59,455 nt of DNA, taken from assembly GCA_964443415.1 (NCBI GenBank), contig CAYUDC010000005.1, positions 1-59,455 on the forward strand. Reading direction: 5' to 3'. Source of the DNA: an uncultured Chitinophaga sp. (GTDB lineage Bacteria > Bacteroidota > Bacteroidia > UKL13-3). The notes under the pieces are model-generated. The model made no database searches and was not told the origin of the DNA. It saw only the letters and a list, made by a program, of their open reading frames with translations. The number at the start of each line of letters is the position of its first letter. The stretch's first letter is position 1. Shown here piece after piece: positions 44,903-54,732 of the stretch. A program made the position numbers and the translations under genes.

Positions 44903-45919
44903 ATGAAAGAACGTATCGAAGCTTTATTAAACAAAATCGATGGCTATGAAATTAAAGCCCAAGAACAAGTTGAACAATTCAGACTAGAATTTTTGTCTAA
45001 AAAGGGAGAACTGAATGATTTATTTGAAGATTTTAAAACTGTACCAAATGAATTGAAAAAAGAGATTGGACAAAAATTAAATCAAATAAAAGTAAAAGCT
45101 CAAGCAAAGTTTGAGGAGGCACATCAAATGTTTGGCAAACAAACGGGTGCTGATAAAAAATCTCAATTAGACTTAACATTAAGTGCAGAAATAAGTTACA
45201 CTGGATCTAGACATCCTTTAGCTATCGTTGAGAACCAAGTAATTGATATTTTTAAAAAACTTGGTTTTGTGTATTCTGAAGGCCCTGAAATTGAAGATGA
45301 TTGGCATAATTTTTCAGCATTAAATTTTCCAAAAAATCATCCTGCTAGAGACATGCAGGATACATTCTTTATAGCAGAAGAGATAGCATTAAGAACGCAT
45401 ACAAGTTCTGTACAGGTTAGACTCATGGAAAATTCTAAGCCACCTATTAGAGCAATCATGCCAGGACGTGTTTACAGAAATGAGGCAATATCTGCTAGGG
45501 CAAACTGTTTTTTTCATCAAATTGAAGGCATTTACATAGATGAAAAAGTAAGTTTTGCAGATCTTAAGCAGACCTTATACTACTTTGTTCAAGAGCTTTT
45601 TGGTAATGATGTACAAGTAAGGTTTAGACCAAGTTATTTTCCTTTTACCGAACCAAGTGCAGAAATGGACATTAGTTGTTTGCTGTGTAAGGGTAAAGGT
45701 TGTAATGTTTGCAAGCAAACAGGCTGGTTAGAAATTTTAGGTTGTGGTATGATTGATCCTAATGTTTTAACAGCTAATAATATTGATCCAGAAAAATATA
45801 CAGGTTTTGCCTTTGGTATGGGTATAGAAAGAATAGCCATGCTAAAATTTGAAGTAAAAGATTTAAGAACATACTTCAGTAACGATATTAGATTTTTAAA
45901 ACAGTTTGAAAGTATTTAA
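44903..45919 (+). CDS. pheS: Phenylalanine--tRNA ligase alpha subunit
   Basis: 338 aa. HPARDMQDTFF, RTHTSSVQVR, FPFTEPSAE and GFAFGMGIERIAML. Confidence 0.96.
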   Translation: MKERIEALLNKIDGYEIKAQEQVEQFRLEFLSKKGELNDLFEDFKTVPNELKKEIGQKLNQIKVKAQAKFEEAHQMFGKQTGADKKSQLDLTLSAEISYTGSRHPLAIVENQVIDIFKKLGFVYSEGPEIEDDWHNFSALNFPKNHPARDMQDTFFIAEEIALRTHTSSVQVRLMENSKPPIRAIMPGRVYRNEAISARANCFFHQIEGIYIDEKVSFADLKQTLYYFVQELFGNDVQVRFRPSYFPFTEPSAEMDISCLLCKGKGCNVCKQTGWLEILGCGMIDPNVLTANNIDPEKYTGFAFGMGIERIAMLKFEVKDLRTYFSNDIRFLKQFESI

Positions 45920-45930
45920 AAGAAAATAAA

Positions 45931-46905
45931 ATGAGTAAAGGACCTATTAGTAATTTTATTGAAACGCATTATAAGCATTTCAATGCAGCAGCTTTGGTAG
46001 ATGCTGCAAAAGGATATGAGACCCATCTTTTAGAAGGAGGAAAGATGATGGTTACCTTGGCTGGTGCTATGAGCACGGCTGAATTAGGTAAATCGTTAGC
46101 CGAAATGATTAGGCAAGATAAAGTTGCTATTATTTCTTGTACAGGGGCCAATTTAGAGGAGGATATTATGAATTTAGTTGCCCATTCTCACTACAAGCGC
46201 GTCCCAAATTATAGAGATTTAAGTCCACAAGATGAATGGGATTTGTTAGAAAACCATTTTAACAGGGTTACCGACACATGCATTCCGGAGGAGGAAGCAT
46301 TTAGGCGTTTACAAAAGCACATACATAAAATTTGGAAGGATGCGGATACGAGTGGCGAGCGTTATTTTCCTCATGAATACATGTACAAAATTTTGCTAAG
46401 CGGAGAGTTAGAGCAATATTATGAAATTGATCCTAAAAACAGCTGGATGTTAGCTGCTGCTCAAAAGAACTTACCAATAGTAGTACCAGGCTGGGAAGAT
46501 TCTACGATGGGAAATATTTTTGCCTCATACGTTATAAAAAACGAAATCAAAGCAAGTACCATGAAATCAGGAATTGAGTACATGGCTTGGTTAGCAGACT
46601 GGTATGTAAAGAATTCGGAAGGAAAAGGAGTAGGATTTTTTCAAATAGGTGGCGGTATTGCGGGAGATTTTCCTATTTGTGTTGTGCCAATGCTATATCA
46701 AGATATGGAAATGGAGAATATACCATTTTGGAGTTATTTCTGTCAAATAAGTGATTCTACTACTTCTTATGGTTCTTATAGTGGTGCAGTGCCAAATGAA
46801 AAAATCACATGGGGCAAACTGGATATTCATACCCCTAAATTTATTGTTGAAAGTGATGCAACAATTGTTGCTCCGCTCATTTTCGCTTGGATATTAGGTT
46901 GGTAA
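45931..46905 (+). CDS. Deoxyhypusine synthase-like protein (possible homospermidine-synthase-type enzyme)
   Basis: 324 aa. DHS-family pattern (ISCTGANLEEDI, GGGIAGDF) and a conserved Lys in EKITWGK, matching the xSWGK catalytic-lysine motif of deoxyhypusine synthases. Confidence 0.75.
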   Translation: MSKGPISNFIETHYKHFNAAALVDAAKGYETHLLEGGKMMVTLAGAMSTAELGKSLAEMIRQDKVAIISCTGANLEEDIMNLVAHSHYKRVPNYRDLSPQDEWDLLENHFNRVTDTCIPEEEAFRRLQKHIHKIWKDADTSGERYFPHEYMYKILLSGELEQYYEIDPKNSWMLAAAQKNLPIVVPGWEDSTMGNIFASYVIKNEIKASTMKSGIEYMAWLADWYVKNSEGKGVGFFQIGGGIAGDFPICVVPMLYQDMEMENIPFWSYFCQISDSTTSYGSYSGAVPNEKITWGKLDIHTPKFIVESDATIVAPLIFAWILGW

Positions 46906-46907
46906 TT

Positions 46908-46938
46908 TAAAAAAAAAGCGCCTACAGGCGCTTTTTTT
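46908..46938. terminator. Bidirectional rho-independent terminator between convergent genes
   Basis: A-run 46908-46917, stem gcgcct (46918-46923), loop ac, stem aggcgc (46926-46931), T-run 46932-46938. Confidence 0.8.
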
Positions 46939-48022
46939 ATTTCTCGAAGTAAAACAACGGATACTCTCCGTGTTTTCCGGTGAACTCCGGATTTCGTTCT
47001 TCCCAATTCCAAATTAGTTTTAAAAGTTGTTTACCAAAAAGAAAAGGATGCAAATACACTTTCATAAAAGGCACACTCACCACACGCCATACTGCTAGTT
47101 TAAAGGGCATAGGCATATTGGCTTTAAAGTATTCATATGGGTGAGCATGAAAATACAACATCTTGGTGGCTTTACCTTTACCAGAAGCTTTGGCAAAAAG
47201 GCCCCTTATGCGATGCCTAATGAATTCAATTGCACGAAATGGTAGAAGGGTTACATTCATTAAAATGGAATGTTTATACCAATCATAAACCACTACTCCT
47301 TTACCTTTAGGTTCCAATACCCGATACATTTCGGAAATGGCATTGATTTGTTCGTCTTTGGGGATATGATAAACTACATTTAATGAAACAAAACCTTGAG
47401 CCACATTATCTTTTATAGGGAGTTTTGTTAAATCACAAAGCAGACAAATAGCCTTGTCGCCTAGTTTTCTCTTACACTCTTGAAGTCCTTGAAATGAAAG
47501 ATCTGCGCAGATTCTGTATTTGTAATTTTCTGAATATTGCAAATAATCTGGGTATTGAAGAGCACCTGAACCTGCGTCTAATAAGTAGGTTCCTGATGTA
47601 TTAAGGTACCTATTTACTCTACTATGACAGTTTTTTAGATATTCTGCCGACATGGGACGTAAATCTTCGAAAATAATAGCATCCTCATAGTCTCCTTCTT
47701 CTTCTTGAAACCAGCCTCTTTGGTTATAAAAATCTTGAACCAATTTTTTATCAGCGATGAGGCTTTCGCCTTGTATTTTGGATTTATCTTTTACGAGAGC
47801 TAAATCGGAAAGAAGCACTACAATTCCTTTGATAATTGGATAAACATAAGTGTTATCGGTAGAAATAAGCGCTTTTTCTAGCTTATAATCAACCAATGTT
47901 CCATTGATATGCCAAAGTGCTTGTTGGTTAATTAAGTCATTAAATGATGCTAATTCTTCTGTAGAAAGCAATCTTAAATCGTTTCCAGTGAAATTGCATT
48001 TGAGTATTTGAACCCATTCCAT
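46937..48022 (-). CDS. Trm112-like domain fused to a class I SAM-dependent methyltransferase
   Basis: From the ATG at 48022 the protein opens MEWVQILKCNFTGNDLRLL...YVYPIIKGIVVLLSDLAL (Trm112/YcaR-like), followed by motif I LLDAGSGALQ. The supplied start at 48154 would overlap pyrF by 62 nt. Confidence 0.65.
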   Translation of the reverse strand: MEWVQILKCNFTGNDLRLLSTEELASFNDLINQQALWHINGTLVDYKLEKALISTDNTYVYPIIKGIVVLLSDLALVKDKSKIQGESLIADKKLVQDFYNQRGWFQEEEGDYEDAIIFEDLRPMSAEYLKNCHSRVNRYLNTSGTYLLDAGSGALQYPDYLQYSENYKYRICADLSFQGLQECKRKLGDKAICLLCDLTKLPIKDNVAQGFVSLNVVYHIPKDEQINAISEMYRVLEPKGKGVVVYDWYKHSILMNVTLLPFRAIEFIRHRIRGLFAKASGKGKATKMLYFHAHPYEYFKANMPMPFKLAVWRVVSVPFMKVYLHPFLFGKQLLKLIWNWEERNPEFTGKHGEYPLFYFEK

Positions 48023-48092
48023 AAGTGAGTTTGTATTATTTACGCAATTAATGCATAAAACAATGAAATTCAAACAAAGTGGAAAGTTAACA

Positions 48093-48896
48093 TTATAGGT
48101 AAGTAGACATTTCGAGTTGTAACTTTTGAGCCTCCGAAGCCGCTTTACCGGCAAAATCTAAACCGTCTGAGGCATATATAATGCTTCTAGAAGCGTTGAT
48201 TAATAATCCTACATTTTGGGTCAAACCAAATTTAACTACGTCTTTCAAAGAGCCGCCTTGGGCGCCTACGCCCGGCACTAATAAAAAATGTGAAGGAGCA
48301 TACTTTCTAATGATCGAAAATTCTTCTGGTTTAGTAGCCCCAACCACAAACATTAAATTTTCTTTTGATCCTATTTTACAAGTATTCTCAACGACTACTT
48401 CGAAAAGGAATTTTTCTCCAACCTTTTGTTGTTCGTAGTCTTTACTACCAGGATTGGAGGTTAAGGCCAAGACAATTCCCCATTTGCCCTCGTATTTAAA
48501 AAAGGGTTCAAGAGAGTCATTGCCCATGTAGGGTGCTAAGGTAACAGCATCGGCATTGAGTGTTTTAAAAAACGCTTTGGCATATTGGTCGCTGGTGTTG
48601 CCAATATCGCCTCGTTTGGCATCTGCAATTTTAAAACAGTTTGTGGGGATATAATCCAGTGTTTTTTGCATAGACTCCCAGCCAGCAGCACCATTGGCCT
48701 CAAAAAATGCAGTATTAATTTTATAGGAAACGCAGTAAGGCTCAGTGGCGTCGATAATGGCTTTATTAAATGCAAAAATTGGATCAGGTTCTGAAAGCAG
48801 ATGCTTTGGAATTTTGGTAATGTCTGTATCTAGGCCAACGCAAAGAAAAGATTGCTTGCGATTTATTTCTGCAACAAGGTTGTCGTGGGTAAACAT
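48093..48896 (-). CDS. pyrF: Orotidine 5'-phosphate decarboxylase (type 2)
   Basis: 267 aa. FLCVGLDTD, KIADAKRGDIGNT and VPGVGAQGG. Confidence 0.93.
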   Translation of the reverse strand: MFTHDNLVAEINRKQSFLCVGLDTDITKIPKHLLSEPDPIFAFNKAIIDATEPYCVSYKINTAFFEANGAAGWESMQKTLDYIPTNCFKIADAKRGDIGNTSDQYAKAFFKTLNADAVTLAPYMGNDSLEPFFKYEGKWGIVLALTSNPGSKDYEQQKVGEKFLFEVVVENTCKIGSKENLMFVVGATKPEEFSIIRKYAPSHFLLVPGVGAQGGSLKDVVKFGLTQNVGLLINASRSIIYASDGLDFAGKAASEAQKLQLEMSTYL

Positions 48897-48897
48897 G

Positions 48898-49587
48898 TTA
48901 GAAGATCAAATTAAATTCAAGGGCAAAGTTATGCATGCTACCTGATTTATTAGCAATGGTTGCTCCTGAATTTCCTGGCCAATCTCTTCCAAGGTTAATA
49001 TTTCTTAAACCCCCTTTAAGTGCAATTTGAAATGCCACATATTCCATTTGATATTGATAAGCTCCAACAATGGCCCAATCATGGTTGTCTAATGGTATGC
49101 TTCCATCTGCTGGATAGGGATTATCATCTTGAAATACTAACTTGTTTAAAGCATGGCTAAACTGCATTCCAGCCCCTATTCTATGAACACTCTTGGGCTG
49201 AGGTTTTATCATTAGCAAAAGGGGAACATCTAAATAAAGATACTTAATAGCGCCAATATCTGGGCTAATTCCCCTAAATCTTCCTCCTCTAAAAGAAATG
49301 AGCAATTCATGTTGGAGTGAAACAGATTTATTAAAATTAATTCTACCATAGCCTCCCCCTAAAAGGCCAAGTCGAGGACTTTTATCAATAGGATAGGAGC
49401 CCAGAATTGCCGTAAGGTTAAAACCCATTTTTATACCTAAGCGATAAACGCCTTCATCAGATGCTTTTACCCAAGGTATGGGTGCTTCTTCCTCTTCTCC
49501 TTCTACGTTTGTAGAGTCTATTTGTGAAAACAACTCTGTGCCACTTAAAAGAAGAAGGAGGCTTAGCAGATAAGTATGCAATCTCAT
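48898..49587 (-). CDS. Small outer-membrane beta-barrel protein (PorT/OmpA-like porin family)
   Basis: 229 aa with a signal peptide. Alternating beta-strand pattern and a terminal aromatic residue (...LEFNLIF). The stop lies 1 nt before the pyrF start. Confidence 0.6.
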   Translation of the reverse strand: MRLHTYLLSLLLLLSGTELFSQIDSTNVEGEEEEAPIPWVKASDEGVYRLGIKMGFNLTAILGSYPIDKSPRLGLLGGGYGRINFNKSVSLQHELLISFRGGRFRGISPDIGAIKYLYLDVPLLLMIKPQPKSVHRIGAGMQFSHALNKLVFQDDNPYPADGSIPLDNHDWAIVGAYQYQMEYVAFQIALKGGLRNINLGRDWPGNSGATIANKSGSMHNFALEFNLIF

Positions 49588-49654
49588 ATTTACAAAGCTA
49601 CGAGTTGCTAACGGCTATCTGTATCAATTATTCTAAAAAAAAACTTAAATCAAA

Positions 49655-50464
49655 CTATTTTACTGTATATCGTTTTCTTACCACATCATAGGCTGCAAAA
49701 TATCCAACTGCGCCATTTGTTATATTAGTTGGAAGGTTTGCTGGCGGAGATTGAAATGGACCAGGAATATTTGGGTTTGAGTTGTTGTAGGCATTAATAA
49801 AGTTGAACATGTTTTTATCGATGGATCTAAAAATGGCTAAAAACACCCGTCCACTTTCGAACCTTGAAAAAGGCAATTCAAAGCTATAAGGCTCATTAAC
49901 AGGAGTGAGGCTATTGTCAAAAGTAATTTTATCGGTATTAAAAGAATCACTTTGGATGCTATCACTGTATACACCACTCGTGAAATAGGTGTATTTTACT
50001 TGAGGCCTGGCATCAAATGCGGCATAACTAAGTGCCCATCCAGCTGGAATAGCGCCACCGAGCTCGGGTCCTTTCCATGTTTGAAAAATAGAATCTACTC
50101 TGAACATTGGTTCAAGAAAAGTGTTGGCTGTGTAGGTTTTATTATTATAAACAATTGAAAGGTTGTAAGCAGTGTTTATGGTTCCAATAAAACCTGGTGC
50201 AGGTTGGTATCTCTTTGAGGCAGAATTATACACAAAAGGCACATTATTAACGGTTACTGTAGCATTGGAAACAATCGGATAGGGATCGGCACTATAATAA
50301 TTGCTACTTAAAGTTAACCTCACATAAGAGCTATCCAGCTCTGTGGTTACTTCGCCTTCTACCACCAAAAGCGGTTCGGCATCTGGTATTTCGATGTTAA
50401 TTTTTTCTTTGCAGGCACCTAAAAACAATGCCATTATCGAGAGTATAAATAGAGTCTTTTTCAT
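49655..50464 (-). CDS. DUF4249-type lipoprotein (partner of the TonB-dependent receptor)
   Basis: Lipobox FLGACKEK. PLLVVEGEVTT... is the characteristic DUF4249 opening. The gene lies 4 nt downstream of a TonB-dependent receptor gene, which is the usual pairing. Confidence 0.65.
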   Translation of the reverse strand: MKKTLFILSIMALFLGACKEKINIEIPDAEPLLVVEGEVTTELDSSYVRLTLSSNYYSADPYPIVSNATVTVNNVPFVYNSASKRYQPAPGFIGTINTAYNLSIVYNNKTYTANTFLEPMFRVDSIFQTWKGPELGGAIPAGWALSYAAFDARPQVKYTYFTSGVYSDSIQSDSFNTDKITFDNSLTPVNEPYSFELPFSRFESGRVFLAIFRSIDKNMFNFINAYNNSNPNIPGPFQSPPANLPTNITNGAVGYFAAYDVVRKRYTVK

Positions 50465-50468
50465 ACAA

Positions 50469-52865
50469 TTAGAATTTAAAATTATAAGTAATTGAAGGCA
50501 CTATGGTAAAAAGGTACCATTTGTAAATGATAGGCACGCCAGTATCTAGATCGCTATCATAACTTAAGGTGTAGGCATTTTTTCTGCCATATAGATTGTA
50601 GATAGAGAAAACCCAATCACTTTCGTTCTTATAAACCTTGCCAGGAACCTTTTTTCTGCCAAGGGTTAGAGAGATGTCTGCCCTATGGTAATTAGGGAAT
50701 CTTGCATTGTTTCGAGCGCCGTAAAAGATGGATGGTTGTTCATTTCCAAAAATGGCATAACGCTGACTGGCCTGGGTAAATGCTTCACCGGTGGCATAAA
50801 TAAAATTTCCAGAAACGCTCACACGTTCGCTGATTTTTTGGTTAAGCACAAAGGTAAAATAATGTGTTCTGTCGAATCTAAAATCGTACCATTCGCCATT
50901 ATTGATATTATCAGCCCTTCTTTCAGATTTTGCGATAGTATACCCAATCCAACCAGTTGTGTTGCCGCCTTGTTTTCTTGCAAACAACTCTAATCCATAG
51001 GCACGGCCTTCGCCAGCAACTACTTGAGCTTCTATGGCTTCATTAAATTGAATGTCTGCGCCTTCTCTTAACTCAACCGTGTTTCTGAGGTTTTTGTAAT
51101 AAGTTTCAGCGGAGAATTCGAGTTTATTATCTAAAAAGTTTCTAAAATATCCTAAAGCAAATTGATCTGCCATTTGAGGCTTAATATAGTTATCGCTAGG
51201 CGTCCAGAATTCTTGTCCAATGCTGGCAGTAATATTCTGAATCAGGTGCATATACTGATACATGCGGTTATAGGAACCTTTAACAGAGCTCTTATCGTTG
51301 AGCATGTAGGTGAAATTTAGTCTTGGTTCGAACCCAACGAACGTATTGTAAATTTCGTTTGAGGCATAGTTAGTATAAGGGTTTGCGGCATCTTTAGCGC
51401 TCTCTTTAATTTGACCATTTTCTACAAAAGTAGGTGAGCCGCCCACATAATTGATAGACCTACCACTGCCTATATTAGAAAAAATTGATAATCTGGCACC
51501 ATAATCTAGAGAAATTCTAGCCCCAATTTTGGTGGCATGCGAGGCATATAAGTCTTGCTCGATGGCCTTTTTTACGGGTAATGATTGTGGGTCTACGATA
51601 GACGCCGCTTTAATGGGATCTATTTTACCAGGTAGAAATTCATATCTATTGGCTTTAACGCCAAACTTTATGCTGTTTTTATTATTTAAAAAGTAGCTTC
51701 CATCTACCTTTAGGTTAATATCATCAATATAATTTGTTCTTCTAAAATTTAGATTTTCGCTAATGTTAATATCAAAATTGTAGTTGTATCTAGAGTAAAC
51801 AAGGCTGGTGTTTACAAAGAGTTTGCTATTAAAAATATGGTTCCATCTAAGTGTACCTGTATAATTTCCCCAGCCAAAACCAAAGGCGCCACCAAAGGCA
51901 AGATCGTCTCTACCAAAATAGCCACTTAGGTAAAGTTTGTCTTTGTCACTTAGCTCGTAGTTGAGTTTGATGTTTAGGTCGCCAAAATAGGCCGTTACTT
52001 GCGATAGCTGATCGGATAGAGGAAAGAACAGGTCGAAATAGCTCCTTCTTCCGCTAATTAGGAAAGAGGATTTATCTTTTACGATAGGGGCCTCTAGGGT
52101 TAATCTTGAGGATAAAATCCCGATACCACCGCTTGCTCCAAATTTCTTTGAATTTCCATCTTTCATGTGTACATCTAAAACAGAAGCTAATCGGCCACCA
52201 TATTGGGCAGGAATTCCCCCTTTATAGAGTTCGAAATCTTTAATGGCATCACCATTAAAGGTAGAGAAAAAACCAAGCACATGAGAGGGATTGTATACCA
52301 CAGCTTCATCCAATTGCACCAGGTTATGGTCTATGTTTCCACCGCGTACAATAAAGTTAGTAGACCCATCGCCAGCAGCTTGAACTCCTGGCAAAAGCTG
52401 AATGGCTTTAATAATATCAACCTCTCCAAGTAAAATAGGTATTTTCTTCACTTGTTTTACATCAATCTTAACCACACTCATTTTATTTTGAGTGACATTG
52501 CTGTTAGAAATTTTATCGGAGGTAACCACCAGCTCTTTGAGGGCTTTTTTTGATTCATTAAGCTCTACGTTGAGTTTAATGTTTTGGTTTAGGAGTACTT
52601 CTTTAATAATTGGTTCATACCCCACATAACTTATTTCTAATTTATAAGTACCAGGAGGAAGGCTTAACGAATAAAAGCCATAGGCATTAGTGGTTGCGCC
52701 GGTTTTTAGGTCTGGAACCGCTACAGAGGCGCCAATAAGTTCTTCTCCATTTTTAGCATCGGTGATATTTCCGCTAATGGTAAAGTTTTTGGTTTGACCC
52801 AACACAGGGTTTGAGCAAAGAAGGGCCAAGGCCAAGGCCAGGCTTAAAATTGATTTTTGTAGCAT
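50469..52865 (-). CDS. TonB-dependent receptor with a carboxypeptidase-regulatory-like N-terminal domain
   Basis: 798 aa with a signal peptide. CarbopepD_reg-like segment FTISGNITDAKNGEELIGASVAV. Plug segment NFIVRGGNIDHNLVQLDEAVVYNP. Terminal ...ITYNFKF. Confidence 0.88.
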   Translation of the reverse strand: MLQKSILSLALALALLCSNPVLGQTKNFTISGNITDAKNGEELIGASVAVPDLKTGATTNAYGFYSLSLPPGTYKLEISYVGYEPIIKEVLLNQNIKLNVELNESKKALKELVVTSDKISNSNVTQNKMSVVKIDVKQVKKIPILLGEVDIIKAIQLLPGVQAAGDGSTNFIVRGGNIDHNLVQLDEAVVYNPSHVLGFFSTFNGDAIKDFELYKGGIPAQYGGRLASVLDVHMKDGNSKKFGASGGIGILSSRLTLEAPIVKDKSSFLISGRRSYFDLFFPLSDQLSQVTAYFGDLNIKLNYELSDKDKLYLSGYFGRDDLAFGGAFGFGWGNYTGTLRWNHIFNSKLFVNTSLVYSRYNYNFDINISENLNFRRTNYIDDINLKVDGSYFLNNKNSIKFGVKANRYEFLPGKIDPIKAASIVDPQSLPVKKAIEQDLYASHATKIGARISLDYGARLSIFSNIGSGRSINYVGGSPTFVENGQIKESAKDAANPYTNYASNEIYNTFVGFEPRLNFTYMLNDKSSVKGSYNRMYQYMHLIQNITASIGQEFWTPSDNYIKPQMADQFALGYFRNFLDNKLEFSAETYYKNLRNTVELREGADIQFNEAIEAQVVAGEGRAYGLELFARKQGGNTTGWIGYTIAKSERRADNINNGEWYDFRFDRTHYFTFVLNQKISERVSVSGNFIYATGEAFTQASQRYAIFGNEQPSIFYGARNNARFPNYHRADISLTLGRKKVPGKVYKNESDWVFSIYNLYGRKNAYTLSYDSDLDTGVPIIYKWYLFTIVPSITYNFKF

Positions 52866-52883
52866 AGTCTAATAAAAGCGGCA

Positions 52884-52891
52884 CAAAACTA
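52884..52891 (-). promoter_or_regulatory. -7 promoter box (TAGTTTTG on the minus strand) for the TonB-dependent receptor/DUF4249 operon
   Basis: caaaacta on the plus strand, 19 nt upstream of the ATG at 52865. Confidence 0.4.
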
Positions 52892-52980
52892 AGTTGGCCC
52901 ATACAATAACCAAGACTAAAGCGACAAAGTTTGCTTTGAGGGTGTTAAGTGGTTATTTTTAGTAGATAAAGGGGTTTGGA

Positions 52981-54675
52981 TCAAACCGACACATTTAGAT
53001 TTGAGGCCTTTCTACTGAAGCTAAAATAGATGATTAAACCAACCGCTAGCCAAATACTAAACCCAATCCAATTGCTTAATCCCAGTTCTGTCATTAGGTA
53101 GAAATTACTGCACAATCCCAGCACCGGAATAAGAGAATAGTTTCTTGTAAAGCTTAAAAAACTCACGATGGTACTGATGGCCAAAAAACCAAAAACTGGG
53201 ATGTTGTGCCACCATTCGTGAAGCGTAAAGAGCTTTTGAAAAAAGCCAGGGTTAAGCACAATGGTGATGGTTAATCCTGTAATGTAAATAATCGGTACCC
53301 AATATTTACCATTGATATATGGCACTCTAAAGCCGGTGTGAAATTCGCTTTTATGACTTTCCATGACAATGACGGCGGCATTTACCAGTACAAAAGCAAA
53401 AAGGGTTCCGATGCTCGAAAGGTCTGTAACCTCTTTAAGGTTCATAAATAGAGCGGGTATGGCCACCATAAAACCAGTGACAATGGTAGCAAACCAAGGT
53501 GTTTTATACTTTGGGTGAATGGCCGAGAATTTTTTAGGAAGAAGGCCATCTCTACTCATGGTCATCCAAATTCTTGGTTGGCCGTTTTGAAACACCAATA
53601 ACACACTGGCCATTGCAATTACGGCACTTACCGCTACAATTCCCTGCATCCATGGGAGGTTAACTTTCTCGAACACAAATGCTAATGGGTCGCCTACACC
53701 AAGCTCGGTATAATTTACCATTCCGGTTAATACTAAGGCAATCAGGATATACAAAACGGTACAAATAATGAGGGAGGCGATCATGCTTTTGGGCAGATCT
53801 TTTCTGGGGTCTTTACATTCTTCGGCAGTAGTGGCTAGGGCGTCGAAACCAACATAGGCGAAGAAAACCGAAGAAACCCCCTTTAAAACCCCTGTGAGGC
53901 CGTTGGGCGCAAAAGGGCTCCAATTTTCTGGGTTAACATAGAATGCTCCCACAACAATCACCATGAGCACAACGATTATTTTTAATCCCACCATGATATT
54001 ACTGGCATTTTTGGTCTCTTTTACGCCTCTAAAAATTAGCCAGGTGATGGCCACAACGATGGCAAGAGCGGGTAAATCTAAAATGATTTTAAAACCTCCT
54101 ATTTCTGGTGCTTGGGTCCAAGCATTAAAGGCTTCTTGTAAAGTTGCGCTAAGGGTTTGGTTGGCTTCTAACATCTTGATGGCTTCTTGATGTCCATTGG
54201 ATGCGCTTAAATAATCCATGCTAAAATAGGTTGGGATGTTAATTCCCAATCCAGAGAGGAGCCCTGTAAAGTAATCGCTCCAACTGATGGCCACTACAAT
54301 ATTTCCGATGGCATATTCTACAATAAGTGCCCAACCAATTATCCAAGCAATTAACTCTCCAAATGCGGCATAGGCATAAGTGTAGGCAGAACCACTAATT
54401 GGAATAACAGAGGCAAATTCTGCATAGCACAATGCCGAGAAGCCACAAGCGATGGCGGTAAAAATAAATAAAGTGATAACGGCTGGCCCGCCATTAAAGC
54501 TGGCATTACCGATGGTAGAAAATATACCAGCGCCAATAATGGCAGCTATGCCCATGGCAGTAAGGTCTTTAAAGCCTAGTGTTTTATGCAGCGCGCCTTC
54601 TGTTTCTGAGAGAGCAGCATGGTCGCGCTGTATATCTGCGATAGTTTTTTTTCTGAAAAGAGACTTTAGGTTCAC
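52981..54675 (-). CDS. APC-superfamily amino acid permease (cationic amino acid transporter-like)
   Basis: 564 aa with a GTG start and about 14 TM helices. The N-terminal LTAMGIAAIIGAGIFSTIG motif is typical of APC/CAT permeases. Confidence 0.85.
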   Translation of the reverse strand: MNLKSLFRKKTIADIQRDHAALSETEGALHKTLGFKDLTAMGIAAIIGAGIFSTIGNASFNGGPAVITLFIFTAIACGFSALCYAEFASVIPISGSAYTYAYAAFGELIAWIIGWALIVEYAIGNIVVAISWSDYFTGLLSGLGINIPTYFSMDYLSASNGHQEAIKMLEANQTLSATLQEAFNAWTQAPEIGGFKIILDLPALAIVVAITWLIFRGVKETKNASNIMVGLKIIVVLMVIVVGAFYVNPENWSPFAPNGLTGVLKGVSSVFFAYVGFDALATTAEECKDPRKDLPKSMIASLIICTVLYILIALVLTGMVNYTELGVGDPLAFVFEKVNLPWMQGIVAVSAVIAMASVLLVFQNGQPRIWMTMSRDGLLPKKFSAIHPKYKTPWFATIVTGFMVAIPALFMNLKEVTDLSSIGTLFAFVLVNAAVIVMESHKSEFHTGFRVPYINGKYWVPIIYITGLTITIVLNPGFFQKLFTLHEWWHNIPVFGFLAISTIVSFLSFTRNYSLIPVLGLCSNFYLMTELGLSNWIGFSIWLAVGLIIYFSFSRKASNLNVSV

Positions 54676-54732
54676 GTAGGTATATTAGAAAATCAAACCT
54701 AACGCATAGCAATTGGATTTACAAGTATGTTG

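Noticed and set aside
46905-46940. Gene orientation converges here: genes at 33.9-46.9 kb are on the plus strand and genes at 46.9-59.2 kb are on the minus strand. I considered a replication terminus or dif region.
   Set aside because: The gap holds only a simple bidirectional terminator hairpin, with no dif-like 28-mer. A strand switch alone is weak evidence without whole-genome GC skew.
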